A stretch of DNA of 64,000 nt from Bradyrhizobium sp. (lineage in GTDB: Bacteria > Pseudomonadota > Alphaproteobacteria > Rhizobiales > Xanthobacteraceae): positions 8,259 to 72,258 of the forward strand of contig DASWVJ010000054.1 in the NCBI GenBank assembly GCA_036406295.1, read 5' to 3'. Positions 28,901 through 38,626 of this stretch are shown here, one piece after another; position 1 is the first letter of the stretch; each line of letters opens with the position of its first letter. The notes beneath the pieces were generated by a model. It did no database searches, had not been told where the DNA came from, and saw only the letters and a list, made by a program, of their open reading frames with translations. A program made the position numbers and the translations under genes.

Positions 28901-30844
28901 TCAGGCCACTGGCGTGCGCTTCGGCTCGACGATCTCGAACATCCGCGGAAACTCGTCCATCAGCATCATCAATTCGCCGAGCCGCAGCGGATTGCCCGTA
29001 ACCTTGATCTTGCCGGCGCCGACCGCGTCCGGAAAGGTGGTCAGCCTCGCGACCACCTCGTCGAGCACGCTGCGCGCCAGCGTGAAGCCGGCATCCGCGT
29101 CGGCAGCTTGTGCGCCCGCGACATAGGTCAGCGCGGAATTTTCCAGATTGAGGATGAAGGTCTCGTTGGTATCCGTGAAATTCCAGTTCAGCACGATGCG
29201 CTTGCCTTCCGCCTTCGGCCCGTTGAGGCGAACGCCGAGCACGTCCCATAGCTGCTCGGTGCGCAGCGCCGCCAGCGTCTCGCGCGGCATCGCCGCGCGC
29301 GGCGGCGCCTTCGGCATGCCCTGTCGAAGTTCCTGCGCGCCGAACAAATAGGCGTTGCGCCAGGTCGAGCTTTCGGCGGCGTAACCGAGTTGCTCAAAAG
29401 TATCGGCAAGCAGTGCGCGCGCGGCCTGGTTGTCGGGATCGGCAAATACCAGATGGCTCACGGCCTGGGCAACGAAGCGGAATCCTCCCCGCGCAAAATC
29501 CTTGCGCGCCCGCTCAAGCAACGCATCTGCGCCGCCCATGTATTCGACATATTTCCTGCCGCTTTCGACGGGCGGCAGCGGGTCGAGATTGACGGGATTG
29601 GCGTCATACCAGCCAAGATATTTCTGGTAGATCGCCTTCACATTATGCCGGATGTGGCCGTAATAGCCGCGGCCGTGCCAGGCGCCGTCCAGGCTCTTCG
29701 GCAGGCGGATCGCCTCGGCGATCTCCGCTGCGGTGAGACCATGATTCATCAGGCGGATAGTCTGGTCATGCGCGAACTTGTAGAGATCGCGCTGCTCACG
29801 GATCATGGTGTCGATCCGCTCCCTGCCCCACACCGGCCAGTGGTGCTGGCCGCACATGGCTTCCGCCTTGCCGCCCCACATCTGCAGGGCCTCGCCGAGA
29901 TATTTCGACCAGGCGAGCGCATCGCGCACGTCGGCGCCGCGGAACGGCAGCAAATTGTGGAAATTGTGCGTGCAGTTTTCCGCAAGGTTGAGCAGCTTGT
30001 AGCGTGGGACGTAGAAATGCATCTCGGCTGGCGCCTCGCTGTTCGGCGCCATCTGGAATTCGAACTCGAGCCCGTCGATGACGCGCTTGTCGCCGGTTGC
30101 GATGATCAGGTCGGTCGGCCGCAGCAGCGCCACGCTGCCGACTGCCATCGACTTGCCGAGCCCACAATCAACATGGCCACGTGCGCCCTTGGCGAGGAAC
30201 GGCCCGAACTGGTATTGCGCGCGCCGCAGCATCGCCGGCCCCGCGATGATGTTCTCGGAGACCGCGTGCTCCATGAAGAGATTCGGCGCGATGATCGGCA
30301 CCTTGCCGCTTGCGAGCGTCGCGTCGTCGAGCACGCCGCGGGCGCCGCCCCAATGATCGGTATGGGTATGGGTGAAGATGACCGATGTAACCGGCTTCCT
30401 GCCGCGATGCTGGAAGTAGAGCTCCATCGCTGCCCGCGCGCCCTCGATCGAGGTCAGCGTGTCGACGACCACGACGCCCGTGTCGCCCTCGATCAGCGTC
30501 ATGTTGGCGATGTCGAGGCCGCGCACCTGGTAGACCCCGGGCAAGACCTCGAACAGGCCGTGATTCATGTTAAGGCGCGACTGCCGCCACAAGCTGGGAT
30601 CGACGGTCGGCGGGGCCTTCTCGTCTTCCAGGAAGGCGTAGGGCTCGAGGCTCCAGACCACCCTGCCCTGCGGCGAGGTAATCTTCGCGTTCTCGATCGT
30701 GCCGAGGAAGCCGCGCGCGGCATCGTCAAAATCACGTGTATCCGGAAACGGCAGCGTTTTCAGCGTCGCCTCGTGCTGCGCAACGACCGAAGCGGATGCG
30801 TCCTTCGGCATCTCCTTGGGCATTTCGGCGGCGGTCTCGGTCAT
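28901..30844 (-). CDS. Alkyl sulfatase (SdsA1/Pisa1-type metallo-beta-lactamase with dimerisation and SCP2-like domains)
   Basis: SLWRQS, YQVRGLDIAN, THTHTDHWGG, SEAPAEM, QHHWPVWG, RGYYG, WRNAYL. Confidence 0.93.
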   Translation of the reverse strand: MTETAAEMPKEMPKDASASVVAQHEATLKTLPFPDTRDFDDAARGFLGTIENAKITSPQGRVVWSLEPYAFLEDEKAPPTVDPSLWRQSRLNMNHGLFEVLPGVYQVRGLDIANMTLIEGDTGVVVVDTLTSIEGARAAMELYFQHRGRKPVTSVIFTHTHTDHWGGARGVLDDATLASGKVPIIAPNLFMEHAVSENIIAGPAMLRRAQYQFGPFLAKGARGHVDCGLGKSMAVGSVALLRPTDLIIATGDKRVIDGLEFEFQMAPNSEAPAEMHFYVPRYKLLNLAENCTHNFHNLLPFRGADVRDALAWSKYLGEALQMWGGKAEAMCGQHHWPVWGRERIDTMIREQRDLYKFAHDQTIRLMNHGLTAAEIAEAIRLPKSLDGAWHGRGYYGHIRHNVKAIYQKYLGWYDANPVNLDPLPPVESGRKYVEYMGGADALLERARKDFARGGFRFVAQAVSHLVFADPDNQAARALLADTFEQLGYAAESSTWRNAYLFGAQELRQGMPKAPPRAAMPRETLAALRTEQLWDVLGVRLNGPKAEGKRIVLNWNFTDTNETFILNLENSALTYVAGAQAADADAGFTLARSVLDEVVARLTTFPDAVGAGKIKVTGNPLRLGELMMLMDEFPRMFEIVEPKRTPVA

Positions 30845-30880
30845 ACTCGTCACTCCCCTTGAATCTTCCTCTCGCGGCCC

Positions 30881-32695
30881 TCAGCGGAACTCCAGCCCTT
30901 CGAACTGGCCGCTGCTGCGCCACGCGTCGATGTACTTGAAGTAGGCCAGCGCGCCCGCGGGATAGCCGACATTGAGCTTCGCCGCGGGACCGGGCTCGTA
31001 TCCCTCGTTGTTGTAGTAGCCGGGCGTGCAATCCTGCGAGCCGATCATCCGTCCCGGGCCCTTGAGCAGCAACGCGATCCAGCGGTCCTCAGCTTCCTTT
31101 GTCACCTCGATTTCCTTCGCCCCGATCGTCCGCGCGTGGCTCACCATCATCGCGATCGTGCGCGCCGCTTCGGTCAGATTATGCGGCACGTTGGAAATCA
31201 GGTTGGCGCCCTGGGCCGGCTGCACGAAGAACGCGTTCGGGAAGCCGTGGACATGAATCCCGTGCTTGGTGCGCATGCCCTCCGCCCAATAGTCCGACAG
31301 TCTTGCGCCGCCGCGGCCGGTCAGGTCGAAGCCGGCACGGCGCTTGTATTCGGTGCCGACCTCGAAACCGGACGCATAGATGATGCAATCGAGGGCGTAC
31401 TCCCTGCCGGCGACGACAACGCCGTTTTCGGTGATCTTCTCGACGCCCTTGCCCTCGGTATCGACCAGATGCGTGCCTGGCGTATTGAACGCCTGAAGAT
31501 AGGAATCGTGGAAGCACGGCCGCTTGCAGAGCTGGCGGTACCAAGCTTTCAGCCTGGCGGCCGTTTTGCGATCCCTGACGATGGTGTCGACCCGCGCGCG
31601 GATTTCCTCCATCTTCTCGAAGTCGGAATCCTCGAACGCCGCCAGCATGTTTGGCGGCGTGCGCTGCTCGCGCGGCAGTTGGATGATTTTTGCGCGGATG
31701 CGGCGGTTCAGGTCGGTCCAGCCATCCTGAACAAGATCGACCTCGGCCGCGCCACCGGCCTGGTTGGCCGTGAAATTCTCAAGCCAGCGCAGTTGCCAGC
31801 CCGGGGTTGCGATCTCGGCAAACCATTTCGGATCGATCGGGGCGTTGTCGCGCACATCGACCGAGGACGGCGTACGCTGGAAGACGTAGAGCTCCTTGCA
31901 GGCGCGCGCCAGGTGCGGCACGCACTGCACGGCCGTGGCGCCCGTGCCGATGATGCCGACGCGCTTGTCGGCGAGCTTCTCCATCAGCGCGCCCGACGGG
32001 TCCCCGCCGGTGTAGTCATAGTCCCAGCGGCTGGTGTGGAAGGAATGTCCCTCGAAGGACTCGATGCCGGGAATGCCGGGAAGCTTCGGCACATGCAGCG
32101 GCCCGGTGCCCATGCCGACGAACTGCGCCGTGAAGGCATCACCGCGGGTGGTACGGATCAGCCAGCGCGATTTCGTCTCGTCCCAGTCGAGGCTCGCGAC
32201 CTCTGTGTGGAACAGCGCATTGTCGTAGAGGCCGTACTGCCTGCCGATACGCTGGCAGTGCGCGAGGATCTCCGGCGCATGCGCATATTTCTCCGACGGC
32301 ATATGACCGGTCTCTTCCAGCAGCGGCATGTAGACCATCGAGGCCGTGTCGCATTGTGCGCCGGGATAGCGGTTCCAGTACCAGGTACCGCCGAAATCGC
32401 CGCCCTTCTCGATAATGCGGACATCCCTGATGCCGGCTTCCACCAGCCGCGCCGCGGTAGCGAGCCCCGCAAAACCGCCGCCGATGAAAGCAAAGGTGAC
32501 GTGATCGTTCTTCGGCGCGCGCGGCGTGACGGGCGTGTAGGGGTCCTCCAGGTAATGGGCGAGCTGGCCCTTGACCTGGAGATACTGGTCGTTGCCGTCG
32601 GGACGCAGCCGCTTGTTGCGCTCTTCCAGGTATTTCTTGCGCAGCCACTCCTTGTCGAGCTTGGTGGTTGGCTGCGGTTGATCCGTTATCGTCAT
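30881..32695 (-). CDS. Baeyer-Villiger monooxygenase (type I flavin monooxygenase)
   Basis: GGGFAG, GGTWYWNRYPGAQCD, fingerprint FEGHSFHTSRWD, IIGTGATA, CKRP, CTPGYYNNEG. Confidence 0.93.
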   Translation of the reverse strand: MTITDQPQPTTKLDKEWLRKKYLEERNKRLRPDGNDQYLQVKGQLAHYLEDPYTPVTPRAPKNDHVTFAFIGGGFAGLATAARLVEAGIRDVRIIEKGGDFGGTWYWNRYPGAQCDTASMVYMPLLEETGHMPSEKYAHAPEILAHCQRIGRQYGLYDNALFHTEVASLDWDETKSRWLIRTTRGDAFTAQFVGMGTGPLHVPKLPGIPGIESFEGHSFHTSRWDYDYTGGDPSGALMEKLADKRVGIIGTGATAVQCVPHLARACKELYVFQRTPSSVDVRDNAPIDPKWFAEIATPGWQLRWLENFTANQAGGAAEVDLVQDGWTDLNRRIRAKIIQLPREQRTPPNMLAAFEDSDFEKMEEIRARVDTIVRDRKTAARLKAWYRQLCKRPCFHDSYLQAFNTPGTHLVDTEGKGVEKITENGVVVAGREYALDCIIYASGFEVGTEYKRRAGFDLTGRGGARLSDYWAEGMRTKHGIHVHGFPNAFFVQPAQGANLISNVPHNLTEAARTIAMMVSHARTIGAKEIEVTKEAEDRWIALLLKGPGRMIGSQDCTPGYYNNEGYEPGPAAKLNVGYPAGALAYFKYIDAWRSSGQFEGLEFR

Positions 32696-32740
32696 CACAA
32701 AGGCGCCCTTGGATAAGCCGGTCGTGACTCCATTATCGCT

Positions 32741-33985
32741 TCATACGGGATGGGCCGCCAGATAGGGAGAATCGGCGATCGACCAGGACGGCATGGGCTC
32801 CATCCGGAAGATCTGCCGCAAATGCACTTCGTCGGGCCCGTCGCCGATCCGCAGCAGCCTGCCCCAGGCCAGCGCCTGGTGGATCGGCGTATCCTCCGAG
32901 CCGCCCATCGCGCCGAACACCTGCATGGCGCGGTCCGCAATCTTCTGCAGCATCGCCGGCACCGCGACCTTGATTAGCGAGACATCGCGCCAGGCGCCGT
33001 GATGGCCGCTCTGGTCGAGCCGCCAGGCACAGCGATAGGCGAGCAGCCGCGCCTGCTCCAGCTCGACGCGCGATTCGGCGATCCAGCGCTGCACGCTGTC
33101 ATACTGGATGATGGTGCGGCCGAAGGTCGAGCGCTCCATGGCGCGCACCATCATCAATTCGATCAGTAGCTCGCAGAGGCCGATCGAACGCATGCAATGG
33201 TGGATGCGCGCAGGTCCCAACCGGACTTGCGCCACCTTGAAACCGTCCCCCTCCGCACCGAGCAGGTTTTCGGAAGGCACGCGGACGTTCTCGAAGGTCA
33301 GCTCGCCGATCGGCGCGACGTGATCCTGACAGCCCATCCAACTCAGCCGACGCACCAGGCGAACGCCCGGCGCATCCATGGGCACCACGATGCAGGAATG
33401 GCGGCGTGTGCGATCCGCACCGGAATCGGTCACACCCATCACGATCAGGAAGCTGCAGCGCGGATGCGCAGCGCCCGTGATGAACCATTTGCGGCCGTTG
33501 ATTATGTAGTCGTTGCCGTCGCGGACCATTCTGGTCGCGATGTTGGTCGCATCGGATGAGGCGACATCCGGCTCGGTCATGCCGAACGCCGAGCGCGTCT
33601 GCGCTTCCAGCAGCGGACGCAGCCAGCGCGCCTTCTGCTCCGGCGTCGCGCAGTTTTGCAGCGCGATCATGTTGGGCACGTCAGGCGCCTGGCAGTTGAA
33701 GACTTCCGGCGCCCAGAACAGCCGGCCCATAATTTCCGCCAGCGACGCATATTCGAGATTGGAAAGCCTTGTCCCGGGCTCGTCTGAAGCCAGCTCCGGC
33801 AGGCCGAGATTCCAGAGACCCGCGGCGCGCGCCTTCTGCTGCAACTCGGCCATGAAGGGCGGCGTGTCGGGATTGGCTGCAACATGCGCAAGCCAGGCGC
33901 GGTGGCGCGGCAGCACTTCGCCATCGAAGAAGGCCTGCAATTTTTTGCGCCACTGCTCCGACTGTCCGGACTGATTGAAATCCAT
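32741..33985 (-). CDS. Acyl-CoA dehydrogenase
   Basis: EVFNCQAPD, SAFGMTEPDVASSDATNI, INGRKWF, AQVRLGPARIHHCMR, RIGDGPDEVH. Confidence 0.93.
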   Translation of the reverse strand: MDFNQSGQSEQWRKKLQAFFDGEVLPRHRAWLAHVAANPDTPPFMAELQQKARAAGLWNLGLPELASDEPGTRLSNLEYASLAEIMGRLFWAPEVFNCQAPDVPNMIALQNCATPEQKARWLRPLLEAQTRSAFGMTEPDVASSDATNIATRMVRDGNDYIINGRKWFITGAAHPRCSFLIVMGVTDSGADRTRRHSCIVVPMDAPGVRLVRRLSWMGCQDHVAPIGELTFENVRVPSENLLGAEGDGFKVAQVRLGPARIHHCMRSIGLCELLIELMMVRAMERSTFGRTIIQYDSVQRWIAESRVELEQARLLAYRCAWRLDQSGHHGAWRDVSLIKVAVPAMLQKIADRAMQVFGAMGGSEDTPIHQALAWGRLLRIGDGPDEVHLRQIFRMEPMPSWSIADSPYLAAHPV

Positions 33986-34019
33986 GCTGCCTCCCGACTT
34001 TTGCCCGGCAGCTAACCTG

Positions 34020-34090
34020 ATATCGACACGAAATACAATTTCTGTTTCGATATATTGACAATAATAGAATATATGATCCATTATATGAAC
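34020..34090. promoter_or_regulatory. AT-rich divergent control region: imperfect inverted repeat (candidate IclR operator) and sigma70-like promoter
   Basis: atatcgacacgaaat..atttctgtttcgatat IR (34020-34053); TTGACA at 34055-34060 and CATTAT at 34079-34084. Confidence 0.45.
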
Positions 34091-34879
34091 ATGGCTACTG
34101 CCCTTTCGACCGCAGAGGCCCAGGCCGACCCCGCATTCGCAACCACGCTTGCGCACGGGCTCGACGTGCTGGCGGCCTTCCGCAACAATCCCGGTCCGCT
34201 GTCAAACGCTGAACTTGCCGCTCACACCGGCCTGTCGCGGCCGACGGTGTCGCGGCTCACCTACACGCTGGCGCAGCTCGGCTATCTCAAGCGGGGCACC
34301 AAGGGTTTTGTGCTCGGGCTCGGCGTGCTTGCCGCCGCCTACCCGGTCCTGTCGGCCTTGAAAGTGCGGCAACTCGCGCGGCCGCTGATGCGCGATTTTG
34401 CGGCCTACACCGGCGGCACGGTGTCGATCGCCATGCCGTTCGGGGTCGACTTCATCTATGTGGAGACATTGCGCACCACCGACGCGGTGCCGCATGTGCC
34501 TGATGTCGGCTTCACCGGCGCGATCTCCACGACCGCGGTCGGCCGCGCATTGCTGTCGCTCTACACCAAAGAAGAGCTCGACGGCTATGTCGCCAAGGTG
34601 AAGGCTGAGCAGCCGCAGGACGCCGATTATGTGATGAAACGTACCCTGCCCGACGTCGAGCTGAGCCGCGAACGCGGCTTTGCGGTGTCGCTCGGCGAAT
34701 GGCGGCGCGAGATCTTTGGCGTCGCCGCGCCGCTCTACCGCACGCCGTCGGGCGATTGCCTCTCCGTCAATTGCGGCATTCCCTCATTTCGATTTTCCGC
34801 CGAGCAGATCGAGCGCGAATGTGGACCTCGCATCCTGGGGCTCGCGCGCAGCATCAAGTCTCTCGTCGCCAACGCCTAA
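34091..34879 (+). CDS. IclR family transcriptional regulator
   Basis: FATTLAHGLDVL, ELAAHTGLSRPTVSRLTYTL HTH, TAVGRALL, GVAAP. Confidence 0.92.
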   Translation: MATALSTAEAQADPAFATTLAHGLDVLAAFRNNPGPLSNAELAAHTGLSRPTVSRLTYTLAQLGYLKRGTKGFVLGLGVLAAAYPVLSALKVRQLARPLMRDFAAYTGGTVSIAMPFGVDFIYVETLRTTDAVPHVPDVGFTGAISTTAVGRALLSLYTKEELDGYVAKVKAEQPQDADYVMKRTLPDVELSRERGFAVSLGEWRREIFGVAAPLYRTPSGDCLSVNCGIPSFRFSAEQIERECGPRILGLARSIKSLVANA

Positions 34880-34932
34880 AAGTTATTGAAAGGCGCCGCT
34901 CGAACGGCGCGACATTACAGTGGGAGGGAAGT

Positions 34933-35913
34933 ATGAGCCGGACCAGGGCCGCGCTGGGCTTTACTGCTGCCATCGCCATGCTGATTGCCGGCAATGCCGC
35001 GACGCATGCGCAGGAGAACTGGCCGAGCCGGCCGATCCGCGTCATCGTCCCCTACCCAGCCGGCGGCATTGTCGACATCGTAGCGCGCGCCGTGACCGAG
35101 CAGGTCGGGCGCGATCTCAAGGCGACCGTCGTGGTCGAAGCGCGGCCCGGCGGCAATAGCAATATCGGCACCGCGGCGGTCGCGCGCAGCGATCCCGACG
35201 GTTACACATGGCTGGTCTCGGGTCCCGCGGCGCTGGTCAATCCCGGGCTCTACAAGGACGCCGGCTGGGATGCGATGAAAGACCTGAAATGCGTTGGGCT
35301 TGCGGTCTGGACGCAGGCCGTGGCGGTGGTCAACCCGACACTTCCGGTGAAGACCATCGGCGAGTTCGTGGAGCTGGCACGCAGCAAGCCGGGCCAGCTC
35401 AATTTCGGCAATCCCGGCACGGGATCGTCGATCGACCTCTCCGCGCAAAAGCTGTTCCAGGCCGCCAACGTCAAGCTGACCAATGTCGGCTACAAGGGCC
35501 AGCCGCAGGCGCTGGTCGATCTCATGACCAATCTGATGCACTTCGAGATCGTCTCGATGGCGCTGGCGCTGCCGCATATCAAGCAAGGCACCATCAAGCC
35601 GCTGGCGGTGCTCACCCATAACCGCGTTGGCGACCTGCCGAACGTACCGACCATCGCGGAAGCCGGCTATCCGGAAGCCGCCTATGTGCCGTGGTACGGC
35701 ATCTATGTGCCGTCAGGCACGCCAGATGCGCTCGCCGAGAAGATCAACGCCGCCATCAACAAGGCGCTGGAAAATCCGGATGTGCAGCGGCAGCTTTCCA
35801 TCACCGACATTCCGGGCAAGCCGATGCCGCTACGCGACCTCGCCGCCCTGATGAAGTCAGATCACGAAAAGCTCTCCACCGTCGTGAAGACCGCTGGAAT
35901 GGCGCTGCAATAA
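34933..35913 (+). CDS. Bug/TctC substrate-binding protein
   Basis: WPSRPIRVIVPYPAGGIVD, RPGGNSNIG, PDGYT, VGYKG. Confidence 0.92.
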   Translation: MSRTRAALGFTAAIAMLIAGNAATHAQENWPSRPIRVIVPYPAGGIVDIVARAVTEQVGRDLKATVVVEARPGGNSNIGTAAVARSDPDGYTWLVSGPAALVNPGLYKDAGWDAMKDLKCVGLAVWTQAVAVVNPTLPVKTIGEFVELARSKPGQLNFGNPGTGSSIDLSAQKLFQAANVKLTNVGYKGQPQALVDLMTNLMHFEIVSMALALPHIKQGTIKPLAVLTHNRVGDLPNVPTIAEAGYPEAAYVPWYGIYVPSGTPDALAEKINAAINKALENPDVQRQLSITDIPGKPMPLRDLAALMKSDHEKLSTVVKTAGMALQ

Positions 35914-35923
35914 CAGGCGGCTA

Positions 35924-35998
35924 GTCATTCCGGGGCGATGCAAGCATCGCACCCGGAATCTCGCGGTTCCGTGTGCTCGCGCACCATCCCGGAATGAC
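35924..35998. repeat. CGTC-type REP/palindromic repeat (short variant) between convergent genes
   Basis: gtcattccggggcgatgcaagcatcgcacccggaatc...ccatcccggaatgac; same termini as 12127-12250. Confidence 0.85.
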
Positions 35999-36004
35999 CT
36001 GCGG

Positions 36005-37009
36005 TCACTTCGCCACCTTACTCGCGTCCATCTTGATGGAGGGATCGAGCATCCTGGTGGAGAAGGCAGTGCCGACGTCGAACGGCTTTTCCATGCCGAG
36101 ATAGGTCTGCACCAGCTCGTAGTCCTTCTTCATGCGCTCGCCGTCGATCCAGCCCAGCCCCTTGGTCGTGGTGAACTCGTCGGTCATCAGGAACTTGATG
36201 CGCTCCCACTGCCGCTGCTGGTTCTCCTTGTCGAGGCCGGAGACCTGATCGAGCAGCGCCTTCAGGCAAGGCGCGACGTCGGCGACGCAGGCGGCGAAGG
36301 CCTTCTGGCTGACCCGAACAAACTGTTCGACCAGCTTCGGGTTCTTCTCCATGAAGGCGCCGTTCACGATCAGCGAGTTGCCGTACGGGTTGAGCCCGAT
36401 GTCCTTCCAGTTGAGATAACCAAGATCGGAGCCGAACTCGATCACCTTCAGATCGTGCTCGTTGTAAAAGTCGCTGATGATATCGACGGTGTGGCTCTTC
36501 AGCGCGGCGATTTTTGCGGTCGGGCCGACATTGACGAAGTTGACCGAGTCCGGCGCGATGCCGGCTGCCTTGGCAAAGGCCGGCCACATCACGCGCGAGG
36601 CATCGCCGGGCGGATTGCCGATCTTGTGGCCGGGAAAATCCTTGGCGCCGTTCACGCCATAGCTCTTCAGCCAGTAGAAGGTCTGGCCGGTGTTGGCATA
36701 GATGCTCATCAGCGCCACGACGTCGGCGCCCTTGCTCTTGGCCACCAGCATGGTGGCGAGATCGGCGATGCCGAACGGCGAGCCGCCGGAGCCGACCTTC
36801 AGCGATGAGACGCCGGAGCCCTTGCCGGTCTCGATGGTGAGATCGATCCCGGCCTTCTCGTACCAGCCTTGCGCCTTGGCGTAATAAAATGGCGAGTGGT
36901 CCGCAGTAGGCGTCCAGTTCAGGGTCAGGTTGATCGCCTCCCCTGCGTGCGAGCCGGCGGCAGGCAAGCTCAAGCCGATGGCCAGAACGGCGATCCGCAA
37001 ACCCTTCAT
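36005..37009 (-). CDS. ABC transporter substrate-binding protein, NMT1/THI5-like (copy 1)
   Basis: Signal peptide; LNWTPTADHSPFYYAKAQGWY, GKGSG, GLNPYGNSL. Confidence 0.9.
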   Translation of the reverse strand: MKGLRIAVLAIGLSLPAAGSHAGEAINLTLNWTPTADHSPFYYAKAQGWYEKAGIDLTIETGKGSGVSSLKVGSGGSPFGIADLATMLVAKSKGADVVALMSIYANTGQTFYWLKSYGVNGAKDFPGHKIGNPPGDASRVMWPAFAKAAGIAPDSVNFVNVGPTAKIAALKSHTVDIISDFYNEHDLKVIEFGSDLGYLNWKDIGLNPYGNSLIVNGAFMEKNPKLVEQFVRVSQKAFAACVADVAPCLKALLDQVSGLDKENQQRQWERIKFLMTDEFTTTKGLGWIDGERMKKDYELVQTYLGMEKPFDVGTAFSTRMLDPSIKMDASKVAK

Positions 37010-37088
37010 GGCAATTCTCCTCCGCTAAGGCAGCCTTGTCGCCGCGACCGCGCGACGCTACCAATGCAACAAGGGACAGCACGACTTG

Positions 37089-37104
37089 TCAACCATCTGG
37101 TTGG
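37089..37104. promoter_or_regulatory. TetR (RutR-like) operator 1
   Basis: TCAACCA-TC-TGGTTGG palindrome in the divergent SBP/TetR gap, overlapping a minus-strand TTGACA (37087-37092). Confidence 0.7.
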
Positions 37105-37106
37105 AA

Positions 37107-37754
37107 ATGCCCAAAAGACGTACAGACGGTACAACCACTAGGCGCCGCGATCCGGCCGCGACACAGAAGAAGCTACTGACGGCCGCTCGGCACGAATTTG
37201 CCAGCCGGGGCCTCGCCGGCGCGCGCGTCGACGACATCGCCGAACGTGCGGGCGTCAACAAGCAGCTTGTCTACCACTATTTCGGCGACAAGGACGCGCT
37301 CTATCTCGCGGTATTGGAATGGGTCTATGAGGAAATCCGCGCTCAGGAACGCAAGCTCAATCTCGAGGGATTGCCGCCGCAAACCGCCATCCGCAAGTTG
37401 ATCGAGAGTTCCTTCGATCACCTCGCCGCTCATCCCGACTTCATCCTCCTGCTCAACGACGAAAATCGCGGCGGCGCCCGCCATGTTCGCGGTTCGCGCA
37501 AACTGGAAGCCATGCATTCGCCGCTGGTCAGCGTGGTATCGAAAATCCTCGGAGAAGGCGTGAAGGCCGGGACGTTCCGCCGCGGCATCAATCCGGTCCA
37601 TCTCTACATCTCGATTGCGGGCCTCAGCTATTTCTTCTTTTCCAACACGCCGACGCTGTCGGCGATCTTCGGCAAGGACTTTTCCAGCCGGGCGGCGAAA
37701 CAGGCGCGGCGCAGGCACGTCGTCGATCTCGTCATGCAGTCGCTGCGGCCGTAA
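37107..37754 (+). CDS. TetR/AcrR family regulator (RutR/NicS-like)
   Basis: EFASRGLAGARVDDIAERAGVNKQLVYHYFGDKDALY; LYISIAGLSYFFFSN. Confidence 0.93.
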   Translation: MPKRRTDGTTTRRRDPAATQKKLLTAARHEFASRGLAGARVDDIAERAGVNKQLVYHYFGDKDALYLAVLEWVYEEIRAQERKLNLEGLPPQTAIRKLIESSFDHLAAHPDFILLLNDENRGGARHVRGSRKLEAMHSPLVSVVSKILGEGVKAGTFRRGINPVHLYISIAGLSYFFFSNTPTLSAIFGKDFSSRAAKQARRRHVVDLVMQSLRP

Positions 37755-37770
37755 TCAACCAGATGGTTGA
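37755..37770. promoter_or_regulatory. TetR (RutR-like) operator 2
   Basis: TCAACCA-GA-TGGTTGA with perfect 7-bp arms, immediately after the TetR stop and upstream of the permease. Confidence 0.7.
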
Positions 37771-37840
37771 AAGCGGAGCTGGATCGCGCTAGGTTTGCCG
37801 CGCCGCCGCGAGGGCGGCACATTGCCCCGGGAGCTTCAGC

Positions 37841-38611
37841 TTGCCTGCCGACGGAACACGTTCAGCCCGGTCGTTTGCGATCATCCTGATCGTGCACGTC
37901 GCCGTGATCGTGCTCTGGCAAGTCCTGGTCGACGTCTTCAAGGTGCCTAAATTCGTTCTACCCTCGCCGCTGGCCGCGTTTTCGACCCTTGGCTCCGCCA
38001 AATATGCCTGGGTCTCGAATACCGCCGTCACCGCGGCCGAAATCCTCGGCGGCTTCAGCCTTGGCGCCCTCGTCGGCGTCGCGCTTGCCGTGATATTCAC
38101 CTGGTCACGCATCGTCGCCCTGATGCTGCTGCCGCTGTTCGTGACGCTGAACATGATTCCGAAAGTCGCGCTGGGGCCGCTTGTGATCGTGTGGTTCAGC
38201 TACGGCATCCTGCCGAACATCCTGATCGCGTTCAGCATCTGCTTCTTTCCGATCCTGCTGACGACTGCGCGCGGGCTCAGCGAGGTCGAGCCTGACCTGC
38301 TGGATCTCGTGAAATCGCTGCGCGGCTCGCGGTGGACGCTGTTCCGGAAGATCCAGCTACCGGGCTCGTTGCCTTACGTCTTCTCCGGCATGAAAGTCGG
38401 CGCCATCCTGGCGGTCGCCGGCGCGATCGTCGGCGAGTTCATCGCCTCCGAGCGGGGCCTCGGCTACCTGATGATCCAGGTGCAGTCTTCGCTCGACACG
38501 CCGGCGATGGTAATGGCGGTCGTGCTGCTTACCCTGCTCGGCGTCGCTCTCTATGGCCTCGTGCTCGGCCTCGAGCGGCTGTTCGTCGTCCGTGACATCA
38601 GGCTGCAATAG
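37841..38611 (+). CDS. ABC transporter permease (SsuC/TauC-like)
   Basis: VLPSP, IPKVALGPL, KIQLPGSLP, AIVGEFIASERGLGY; TTG start. Confidence 0.9.
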   Translation: MPADGTRSARSFAIILIVHVAVIVLWQVLVDVFKVPKFVLPSPLAAFSTLGSAKYAWVSNTAVTAAEILGGFSLGALVGVALAVIFTWSRIVALMLLPLFVTLNMIPKVALGPLVIVWFSYGILPNILIAFSICFFPILLTTARGLSEVEPDLLDLVKSLRGSRWTLFRKIQLPGSLPYVFSGMKVGAILAVAGAIVGEFIASERGLGYLMIQVQSSLDTPAMVMAVVLLTLLGVALYGLVLGLERLFVVRDIRLQ

Positions 38612-38626
38612 GAACGGGTAGGAAAA

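Noticed and set aside
37010-37106. TPP riboswitch upstream of the NMT1/THI5-like binding proteins or the Fbp-like importer
   Set aside because: No GCTGAGA/THI-box core seen here, at 43321-43424 or at 47367-47600; a TetR operator explains this region.
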